From contig JBBSAN010000002.1 of the NCBI GenBank assembly GCA_038252265.1, forward strand, positions 1-35,202: a stretch of 35,202 nucleotides of DNA, read 5' to 3'. Below the pieces are notes generated by a model. It saw only the letters and a list, made by a program, of their open reading frames with translations. It made no database searches and was not told the DNA's origin. Of the stretch, positions 27,358 through 35,202 are shown piece after piece (within the stretch, counting starts at the first letter, position 1; each line of letters opens with the position of its first letter). A program made the position numbers and the translations under genes. Source of the stretch: Chloroflexia bacterium. GTDB taxonomy: Bacteria; Chloroflexota; Chloroflexia; QHBQ01; JAICKM01.

Positions 27358-27366
27358 ATTATAGCA
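27358..27366 (-). promoter_or_regulatory. Extended -10 promoter, near-leaderless darA transcript
   Basis: Minus strand TGCTATAAT 10 nt before the ATG; no SD. Confidence 0.6.
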
Positions 27367-27393
27367 CAAGATGCAGGCCCGCGCACGAGGCGG

Positions 27394-27539
27394 AAAACGT
27401 GAAACGGGAAGCGTGAAGCGTGAAACGTGATGCGTGATGCGTGACTCGTATTGCGTATTGCGTAAATCTGACCCCTGACCCCTGATCCCTGATCCCCGAC
27501 GCCTCGTCACGTTTCCCGTTTCCCGTTTCCCGTTTCACG
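27394..27539. repeat. Mosaic 7-bp repeat array of five unit types with inverted outer arms
   Basis: cgtgaaa/cgggaag, cgtgatg, cgtattg, ctgaccc/ctgatcc, cgtttcc blocks in succession. Confidence 0.9.
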
Positions 27540-29616
27540 CATCAGCCCGGTAGATCCGCACGCGGCGGTTCGGCTCACGGCCCCGGCTTTGCGAGCCGAG
27601 GTTGTAGCGTTCGGCCATCTGGTGTTGCAGGCGGCGGATGTAGGCGTTGGCCGGGGGCAATTCGACCGCCTGGGCACTCTCCAGCACATGGGTGATCGCC
27701 TCTTCGGTTTCGACCAGGGCGGCGGTGAGCGGATCATCTTCGCCGTCCTCGTCGCCCCCGGTGCCGCCCATCGGTGCGGCGAGGCCCGTTGGCGGTAGCT
27801 CGAAGATGCTCGCCAGGATCTGCTGCATCTGGCTGGCGGTGTTGCTCTTCAGCACATAGACGGGCAGGCCCTCGCCCTCGGCGGCGCGCAAGGCGGGCGG
27901 CTTCTTCTTGTAGTAATTCTTCAGGGTCAGGACGATATCGGCGTCGCTGGTATCGCGGGCCAGCGCGACGGGCACCCCCAGCAGCGCCACCGTCTGTTCC
28001 AGGCGGGCACGGCTCACCCCGAACGGGTAGATCCGCAGCGGTTTGGTGGCGCTGCCCGGCGTACCCGGTTTGCGCCCCAGCATGGGGGTAGGGGTCGCCG
28101 GGGTGGCGCGGGCCGGGGTTAGCTCCGTTTCCGGCTCGTCCTCCTCGGCCTCGTCATCCCAGGCAGGCGCGGCGTAGCGGCTGGCCGGGGTGCGCCGGGC
28201 CGCCCGTTCGCTGTAGTAGTCCCCGCCCGCCAGCGCCGTCGTCGCCCCACCGCCCGTGATACGGCGTGGCCCTGGCGACATGCTGGACATCGACATCAGG
28301 TTGCCCATCGGAGAGCGTGAGCCGGACCCGCCGCTGAGCCGCTCGAACCCCGCGCCCGCGCCGTTCCCGGCCCCGGTCGCCGCCCGGCCCCCACCCCGGC
28401 GGTCGTCACGCCGCCCACGGGGGCCACCATCGCGTCCACCATCACGGCCCCCGTGGGGACCGTTGTCCCGCCCGCCGTGGGGGCCACCATTCCCGTTGCC
28501 GTCCCGCGCCGGGGTGAAGTGCCCCTCGCGGGTGATGATCCGCCCGTCGGCGCGGCGCTCGCGGATCTCCGGCGGGAGGGGCATCCCGCGCAGGATCGAG
28601 TCGACCACCTCGGCCACATCCAGGTGGACCGCCACCCGATCACGGTCCAGGATTTCGACCATCATATCGAATGTGGGCGGGGCTTTGCGTTCCAGCACCG
28701 ACTTCTGCGTGCCGCGCCGTCGCGCCTCTTCGTCGCCCAGCGTCACCGTCTGGATGCCGCCGATCAGGTCGGAGAGCGTCGGGTTGAGCATCAGATTTTC
28801 GAGCGCGGTGCCGTGGGCGGTGCCCACCAACTGCACACCGCGTTCGGCAATGGTGCGCGCGGCCATCGCTTCCAGTTCGGTGCCGATCTCGTCAATGACG
28901 ATCACTTCGGGCATGTGGTTTTCCACCGCCTCGATCATCACGGCGTGTTGCACGCTGGGGCTGGGCACCTGCATCCGCCGCGCCCGCCCGATCGACGGGT
29001 GCGGAATGTCGCCATCGCCCGCGATCTCGTTGCTGGTATCGACGATGACCACGCGCTTGCCGAACTCGTCAGACAGCACGCGGGCCACCTCGCGCAGGAG
29101 GGTGGTCTTGCCGACGCCTGGCGGCCCCAGCAGGAGGATGCTCTTGCCGGTCTCCACCAGATCGCGGATGATATTGATCGTGCCGTAGACCGCCCGCCCG
29201 ATGCGGCAGGTCAGCCCGATCACCCGCCCGTTGCGATTGCGGATGCACGAAATGCGGTGCAGGGTGCGCTCGATCCCGGCGCGGTTGTCCTCGCCGAAGT
29301 TGCCGATGCGCTGGACGACATAGTCGATATCTTCCGTGGTGACTTCTTTGTCGCTGAGATACGCTTCCTGACCGTGGAAGCGCGCTTCGGGGCGGCGTCC
29401 CAGGTCCATTACCACTTCCAGCAGGTTGGCCCGGTTGTTCAACGCCTGGAGCCGGATCAGAATCTGCGGCGGCAGGGCCACCAGCAGGGCTTCCAGATCG
29501 TCGGTGATGACGTTTTCCCCCGCCGGGCGGGGATCGTCCGGATAGGCGTCGTCGTATATCGCTCCGGCTGTATCGCCGCCGGTTGCGTGGTCTACATCGT
29601 AGATCTCGTCTGTCAT
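27535..29616 (-). CDS. Ycf45/SpoIIIAA-like AAA ATPase with C-terminal R3H domain
   Basis: [33 protein letters not shown], and RRLQHQMAE...[10 protein letters not shown] (R3H). Confidence 0.9.
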   Translation of the reverse strand: MTDEIYDVDHATGGDTAGAIYDDAYPDDPRPAGENVITDDLEALLVALPPQILIRLQALNNRANLLEVVMDLGRRPEARFHGQEAYLSDKEVTTEDIDYVVQRIGNFGEDNRAGIERTLHRISCIRNRNGRVIGLTCRIGRAVYGTINIIRDLVETGKSILLLGPPGVGKTTLLREVARVLSDEFGKRVVIVDTSNEIAGDGDIPHPSIGRARRMQVPSPSVQHAVMIEAVENHMPEVIVIDEIGTELEAMAARTIAERGVQLVGTAHGTALENLMLNPTLSDLIGGIQTVTLGDEEARRRGTQKSVLERKAPPTFDMMVEILDRDRVAVHLDVAEVVDSILRGMPLPPEIRERRADGRIITREGHFTPARDGNGNGGPHGGRDNGPHGGRDGGRDGGPRGRRDDRRGGGRAATGAGNGAGAGFERLSGGSGSRSPMGNLMSMSSMSPGPRRITGGGATTALAGGDYYSERAARRTPASRYAAPAWDDEAEEDEPETELTPARATPATPTPMLGRKPGTPGSATKPLRIYPFGVSRARLEQTVALLGVPVALARDTSDADIVLTLKNYYKKKPPALRAAEGEGLPVYVLKSNTASQMQQILASIFELPPTGLAAPMGGTGGDEDGEDDPLTAALVETEEAITHVLESAQAVELPPANAYIRRLQHQMAERYNLGSQSRGREPNRRVRIYRADA

Positions 29617-29650
29617 AAACCGTCCTAGCTGGTCTACTGACGTGCGCCGG

Positions 29651-30646
29651 TTAGTCGCTGACCACAAGCGAGCGTTCGCGTTGTAGCAGGAGCCGGGGCA
29701 TCGTCCGCCGGGCCAGTACGGCAGTATATTTGACCAATAAGGCCTGTTCACTCAACAGGTGGAACCCATTGTCCGCCAGCACCTGGCCCATCTCCGATTG
29801 ATACTCGCGGAGCGCGATGTAGATGGGCTTGGGGGCACTGGTGCGCGCCGACCATAACACGTATTCGAGCGCCTCGGCACACAGCGCCCGTTGTTCGGGA
29901 CGGTAGAGCAAGGTGATCCAGTGCCCCTTTGGCCCGGTCAAGAGGCGGACCCACCCCCCCAGGCCACCCGACTGCGTGCCCTGGGCGCGGGTCTGGGGGG
30001 TATCCGCCGCCCAGACATAGGCCTGCGCGGTGAGACCGCCTGCGCGCCCCCCACCCAGTTGCCACTGCTTGCTGGTGGGGGCCTCGGCCTGTTGCACCCC
30101 GCGCGGCGCGACCGCCCGGTAGAGTTGCAACAGGTCCCAGGCGTCGCGATCCTCCTGGTGGCGCAGGACGCCCCGGTCGGGGCGGGTGCCCTGGAGGGGC
30201 TTGAAGTACAGGTTGCCCCAGATTTCCTCGCCGGTGAACTGGCTGAACCCCAGTTGATGAAACGCGGCTTGCCGGGGGTCGTCCGCCGCCAACTTGGCGA
30301 ACACGCGCACGATGCCGTGTGCCCCTGCCTGGCCGATCACTTCTTCGAGCAGCATGGCCCACAGCTCGTCACTTTCCGGCCCCATGCTGCCCAGGGTGGT
30401 CACGGTCCATTCGTCGCGCCGTTGCCAACGACAGCGCGCCTGAATATAGGCCGCGACCCGGCTATGCTCTTCGTACACGGCGGTATAGAAGCGCCGCCCG
30501 GCGAACGGGTTCAGCCCCCGCACCAGATCGCGCAACATCGTATCGGGTTGGATGATCGTAAAAGGCGGATTCAGATGCACGACCTGCTGGCGCGACCGGC
30601 TCAGCATGATCTGCAAGATATGGTTCCACCCGGCATTACGGATCAA
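29651..30646 (-). CDS. Hypothetical protein, possibly degenerate tandem GNAT-like fold
   Basis: 331-aa ORF with typical codon usage; [11 protein letters not shown] and [10 protein letters not shown] resemble GNAT C-terminal motifs; start uncertain. Confidence 0.6.
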   Translation of the reverse strand: MIRNAGWNHILQIMLSRSRQQVVHLNPPFTIIQPDTMLRDLVRGLNPFAGRRFYTAVYEEHSRVAAYIQARCRWQRRDEWTVTTLGSMGPESDELWAMLLEEVIGQAGAHGIVRVFAKLAADDPRQAAFHQLGFSQFTGEEIWGNLYFKPLQGTRPDRGVLRHQEDRDAWDLLQLYRAVAPRGVQQAEAPTSKQWQLGGGRAGGLTAQAYVWAADTPQTRAQGTQSGGLGGWVRLLTGPKGHWITLLYRPEQRALCAEALEYVLWSARTSAPKPIYIALREYQSEMGQVLADNGFHLLSEQALLVKYTAVLARRTMPRLLLQRERSLVVSD

Positions 30647-30661
30647 GTCAGTCTCACATAG

Positions 30662-30786
30662 AGAAATCAGAAATTAGAAATCAGAAGGCAGAAATCACCA
30701 GGCCACAGAACACCATCTTCACCTCGTGCCGATCATTTCTGATTTCAAACGCCTAGCTGATTTCTGATTTCTGATTTCTAATTTCT
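30662..30786. repeat. Inverted 7-bp repeat arms (AGAAATC ... GATTTCT) overlapping pdxT 3' end
   Basis: agaaatc/agaaatt x5, spacer, then gatttct units; encodes PdxT tail IRNQKSEIS*. Confidence 0.9.
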
Positions 30787-31370
30787 TCGGCGGCCCTGGC
30801 GCACAGGTCCAGGAAGTAGCGATGAACGCGCAGGTCGTCAGTTAGTTCCGGGTGGAAGGCCGTGACCAGCGTGCGGCCTTGCTGGGCGGCGACGACCGTG
30901 CCGTCGGGCAGGGCGGCCAGGGTTTGCACCCCCGGCCCCGTCTGGCTGATCAGTGGGGCGCGGATGAAGATCGCCGGGAACGGCACATCGCCCAGCACCG
31001 GCATGGGCAGATCCGTCTCGAAACTGTCGATCTGGCGGCCAAAGGCGTTGCGGGCCACCTGCACATCGATCAGATCGAGGTGCGGCTGCTCGCGCCCCAC
31101 GTCGTGGGCCACGTAGATCATCCCGGCACAGGTGCCCCAGACCGGGCGACCCTCGTCTTCAGCGAAGTGGTTAATCGCCACGTCCAGCCCGTACAGCGCG
31201 GCCAGCTTGCCGATGGTCGTGCTCTCCCCGCCGGGGATGATCAGCCCGTCCAGATCGACTAGCTGGGCGGGCAGGCGCACTTCCACGCACTCCGCCCCCA
31301 GCCGCCGCACCGCCGCGCAATGCTCCCGAAACGCCCCCTGGAGCGCCAGGATGCCAATCCGTAATGTCAT
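30753..31370 (-). CDS. pdxT: PLP synthase glutaminase subunit
   Basis: GILALQGAFREH, IPGGESTT, WGTCAG, RNAFGRQIDSFE, FIRAP, FHPEL. Confidence 0.96.
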   Translation of the reverse strand: MTLRIGILALQGAFREHCAAVRRLGAECVEVRLPAQLVDLDGLIIPGGESTTIGKLAALYGLDVAINHFAEDEGRPVWGTCAGMIYVAHDVGREQPHLDLIDVQVARNAFGRQIDSFETDLPMPVLGDVPFPAIFIRAPLISQTGPGVQTLAALPDGTVVAAQQGRTLVTAFHPELTDDLRVHRYFLDLCARAAEEIRNQKSEIS

Positions 31371-31376
31371 CTTCTC

Positions 31377-31458
31377 AGGAATGAGGAATGAGGAACGAGG
31401 AATGAGGCAGAGCAGCTAGCGCCACTCATCGCTCATCACTCATCGCTCATTGCTCGTC
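31377..31458. repeat. 7-bp repeat arms (AGGAATG ... CTCATCG) between pdxS and pdxT
   Basis: (aggaatg)x4, spacer, (ctcatcr)x3 ctcattg ctcgtc; the arms are only partly complementary. Confidence 0.85.
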
Positions 31459-32388
<930 letters not shown>

Positions 32389-32534
32389 TGTGTGTCTTCT
32401 CCCGTCGTGGGAGCCTCCTTTGATAACCGATAGGGCCGACATACGATGACCGACGAGACAGCCGGTCTGCCGTCGGCTGCCCAGCCGCGTTCGGGCGGGT
32501 CTAGGGGTCGCCCGGCCTGGGCGACCGGGAACCG

Positions 32535-33206
32535 TCAGTGTGGCACGTCCTCGCGGGCAGGACGCGCCGCAAAGTGCAGATCCAGGTGCGCGGGTAAGAC
32601 GTAGGCGATTTGCACCAGGATAATCAACCCCAGGCTCACCAGCGGGCGGACCACGAACGTCAGCAAGATCGCGATGAAATAGATCAGCGGTGGCGTCAAA
32701 ATCCGCCGCGTCACCGTCCGCATCAAGTGTGGCGCGAGAGGCGCGTCTACCAGATGCCCCCGCGTGACCCCATACCACCAGTGGAGATAGAGGATCAGGC
32801 TCACCGCGATCAAGTTAGTGACATAGACAATCAACGCCACCCGGTTGTCTGTGCCCACCTGCGTACCGAGCAGCGCCGTGCTGAACGGGATAAAGGCGAT
32901 CAACCCCAGGAACAGGATATTGATCCACAACAATTCCCGGTTGGCCCGGCGGATATAAAAGAACTGGTTGTGATGCCCCACCCAGTAGATGCCCAGGATC
33001 AGGAAGCTTAGTGCGTAGACCCCGATATGGGGGGCCACCTTGCCTAGCTCCTCGATCAGGGCCGAATCAGACAGGTGGGCGTCGGGCACCTGTAGCTCCA
33101 GCACCAGGAGCGTCATGGCAATCGAAAAAACCCCATCACTCAAAGCCTCGATCCGCCCGGTCCGCAGGCCGTTGCCTTCCGGGCGCGCCGACACGATTTC
33201 GCGCAT
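32535..33206 (-). CDS. TMEM175 family (DUF1211) potassium channel
   Basis: [19 protein letters not shown] signature, [19 protein letters not shown]; ATG 33206 with GGAG SD chosen. Confidence 0.9.
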   Translation of the reverse strand: MREIVSARPEGNGLRTGRIEALSDGVFSIAMTLLVLELQVPDAHLSDSALIEELGKVAPHIGVYALSFLILGIYWVGHHNQFFYIRRANRELLWINILFLGLIAFIPFSTALLGTQVGTDNRVALIVYVTNLIAVSLILYLHWWYGVTRGHLVDAPLAPHLMRTVTRRILTPPLIYFIAILLTFVVRPLVSLGLIILVQIAYVLPAHLDLHFAARPAREDVPH

Positions 33207-33341
33207 AGCGTGTCTCCATGATCGTGGGCTTTCTGTGGGCGGGGCCTGCACATATTGTGGCACAGAAATCTACCGGGTTGAGTAAAAACAACCAACGATT
33301 CCTGCGCCCTGAGCCGCCAATGATAATCCGCACCACTGTAT

Positions 33342-33371
33342 ATTGTACCCTTTTTGACGACCGTTACGCAA
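33342..33371 (-). promoter_or_regulatory. Putative sigma70 promoter for TMEM175 gene
   Basis: Minus strand TTGCGT-N18-TACAAT. Confidence 0.55.
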
Positions 33372-33468
33372 GGTGGCCGCGCGTGTGGAAGGCGGGTCTT
33401 CTCTCCGCCTATAGTTGTAATTACGAGGCGGCGGTAAGGACGGGTAGAGCGTCCGATCTGTGGAGACG

Positions 33469-33660
33469 CCAGCCCCGGAGGGGCGGCAGACGATAGCCCA
33501 CGGTAAGACCGTGGGTTCATAACATGCCTGATCTTCTAGCCCCGGAGGGGCGACAGAGCCAAGCCACAATCTCATCTGTCGCCCCTCCGGGGCTTGCGGG
33601 CGGGAGACAATCCCCACAGTTGGCACTGCGGGCTACCGTCTGCCGCCCCTCCGGGGCTGG
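33469..33660. repeat. Nested palindromic REP/BIME-like element with four AGCCCCGGAGGGGCGRCAGA units
   Basis: Units at 33471-33490 and 33538-33557 (forward), 33575-33594 and 33639-33658 (reverse). Outer 36-bp arms match with 3 differences. Confidence 0.88.
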
Positions 33661-33683
33661 ATCGGGGCATACTCCGCCACCTG

Positions 33684-33750
33684 CTGACTGCTGATTTCTA
33701 ACTTCTAATTTCTAATTTCTGACTTCTGATTTCTTATTTCTAATTTCTGA
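33684..33750. repeat. Tandem 7-bp repeat tract (CTRAYTT), single arm
   Basis: ctgactg ctgattt ctaactt ctaattt ctaattt ctgactt ctgattt cttattt ctaattt ctga. Confidence 0.88.
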
Positions 33751-33763
33751 AGGCCGATTCTAC

Positions 33764-33792
33764 TTGACAAAAAGGGGGGCACTCTGTATACT
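33764..33792 (+). promoter_or_regulatory. Sigma70 promoter for rplU-rpmA
   Basis: TTGACA-N17-TATACT. Confidence 0.8.
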
Positions 33793-33836
33793 TGAAGGCT
33801 GTGACCGGTAAAACATGTCGAGTTATGGAGGCTAAG

Positions 33837-34151
33837 GTGTACGCTATTATCCAGACCGGCGGCCATCAATATCGGGTGGCGGTTGGCGATCAATTAGATG
33901 TCGAAAAGCTGCCGGTGGAAGCAGGGACAGAAATCACGCTGGACCAGGTTTTGCTGGTCAGCGATGATAACAACCTGGTAACCATCGGCACCCCTACTGT
34001 CACCGGCGCGCTGGTGCGGGCGCAGGTGGTGGACCAGCATCGCGGCGAGAAACTCGTCGTCTTCAAGTACAAGCCTAAAAAGCGGTATCGCCGCAAAATG
34101 GGCCACCGTCAGGATCTGACCCGGCTGGAGATCCAGGCGATCTCGGTCTAG
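33837..34151 (+). CDS. rplU: 50S ribosomal protein L21
   Basis: (M)[13 protein letters not shown]...[17 protein letters not shown]; GTG start after GGAGG. Confidence 0.96.
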   Translation: MYAIIQTGGHQYRVAVGDQLDVEKLPVEAGTEITLDQVLLVSDDNNLVTIGTPTVTGALVRAQVVDQHRGEKLVVFKYKPKKRYRRKMGHRQDLTRLEIQAISV

Positions 34152-34214
34152 GACGGCGCGCCGTTCTGTCAGACGCTTATTGTTACGCCCTCCGGGGCCA
34201 GAAGGAGAACCGAC

Positions 34215-34535
34215 ATGGCTCATAAAAAAGGCGTAGGTAGCTCGCGCAACGGGCGCGACTCCAAGCCCAAAATGCTCGGCGTCAAGCGCTATGATGGCGA
34301 GCTAATCCACGCAGGCACGATCATCGTGCGCCAGCGCGGCACGCGTATCAGCCCCGGCACCAATGTGGGAGTGGGCCGCGACCACACGCTCTACGCCATG
34401 ACCACCGGCTTCGTCAAGTTCGAGCCAGAGGCCAAGGAGAAGGACAAGAAGCGCGTGTCGGTCTACGAAACCCACCCGAACCGTCCCGGGTTGAGCACCG
34501 CCGAACCCGAAACGGAACCGATCCTGGTCGCCTAA
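34215..34535 (+). CDS. rpmA: 50S ribosomal protein L27
   Basis: [16 protein letters not shown]...IIVRQRGT...GRDHTL; AAGGAG SD. Confidence 0.97.
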   Translation: MAHKKGVGSSRNGRDSKPKMLGVKRYDGELIHAGTIIVRQRGTRISPGTNVGVGRDHTLYAMTTGFVKFEPEAKEKDKKRVSVYETHPNRPGLSTAEPETEPILVA

Positions 34536-34650
34536 CCGTTATCTATATGCGTGGTCGGAATCTTGACTGCGGCGTTATTAAACCCCCATTGTTACCGGCA
34601 GGAACCGAGGCGGCGCAGCCCCTCGCATCTGACCGGAAGGAGAAAATTCA

Positions 34651-34977
34651 GTGAAACCCGGAATCCACCCCAAGTATGTTGAATCGACGGTAACGTGCGC
34701 GTGCGGCAACAGTTGGACCACCAAGTCCACCCGTGCCCAGTTGCGCACCGACGTTTGCTCGCAGTGCCACCCGTTCTATACGGGGGAGCAGCGCATCGTT
34801 GATACCGCCGGTCAGGTCGAACGCTTCATGCGCCGGATGCAGCGCGCCGGGGCGACCCAGGCTCCGCGCCCGGCGGCTCCGGCTCCGGCCCCCGCACCCG
34901 CGCCCGCCAGGGCCGCCCGCCCGGCCCCCGCGCCGTCCACCCTCGAAACCCTGCTCGAAGAGCCGGCAGCCGAGTAA
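34651..34977 (+). CDS. rpmE: 50S ribosomal protein L31 (Zn-binding type)
   Basis: [32 protein letters not shown]; Pro/Ala-rich extension. Confidence 0.96.
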   Translation: MKPGIHPKYVESTVTCACGNSWTTKSTRAQLRTDVCSQCHPFYTGEQRIVDTAGQVERFMRRMQRAGATQAPRPAAPAPAPAPAPARAARPAPAPSTLETLLEEPAAE

Positions 34978-34994
34978 GCTTGTATCTGCACTGC

Positions 34995-35031
34995 GTGGGG
35001 AGTTGAGACGGTTGTCTCAACTCCCCACTTT
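34995..35031 (+). terminator. Intrinsic terminator after rpmE
   Basis: Perfect 15-bp stem GTGGGGAGTTGAGAC-ggtt-GTCTCAACTCCCCAC followed by TTT. Confidence 0.7.
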
Positions 35032-35056
35032 GTACGCCAGCCAGGAACCTGTCCCT

Positions 35057-35202
35057 ATGCACAGCCTCACCCTCCCCGGCCACCACCAGAATCCCGGCTC
35101 GATCGAAGTGATCTGCGGCAGCATGTTCAGCGGCAAGACCGAAGAACTGATCCGGCGGCTCAAGCGCGCTCAGATCGCCCGCCAGCGGGTCCAGGTCTTC
35201 AA
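35057..35202 (+). CDS. tdk: Thymidine kinase, 5' part
   Basis: Hand translation: [48 protein letters not shown]; runs off the window. Confidence 0.93.
   Translation, partial: MHSLTLPGHHQNPGSIEVICGSMFSGKTEELIRRLKRAQIARQRVQVF

Noticed and set aside
32389-32534. Riboswitch-like pdxS leader
   Set aside because: Several stems are possible, but the region is very GC-rich so they are expected by chance; no known motif recognised.
33469-33660. CRISPR array
   Set aside because: Repeats are in mixed orientation with irregular spacing and no cas genes.

Overview
GC-rich bacterial chromosomal window, most likely Chloroflexota (inferred from the rplU-rpmA-rpmE-tdk order, the R3H-AAA protein and the DarA-like gene). 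It is mostly housekeeping and envelope genes: a partial SPFH protein (missed by the ORF track), holB, a NERD protein, an N-terminally extended FabF, a secreted SGNH hydrolase, two GT2 enzymes, ppx-ppk1, ccsBA, an LCP protein, a MoxR-DUF58-PrsW-transglutaminase operon just downstream of an ECF sigma/putative anti-sigma pair, DarA, an R3H-AAA protein, pdxST, a TMEM175 channel and ribosomal proteins. The most unusual signal is non-coding. About a dozen intergenic tracts are built from tandem 7-bp units that differ from locus to locus. They usually form inverted arms, often start at or overlap a stop codon, and sometimes enclose or abut other small elements. Those elements are a 104-bp MITE with 15-bp TIRs and a 5-bp TSD, and two types of REP-like palindrome. 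Separately, a low-GC orphan gene bracketed by IS-like end motifs sits inside a 9-bp-period hairpin. No transposase, CRISPR array, rRNA or tRNA was recognised. All product calls come from motif recognition by eye, not database searches.
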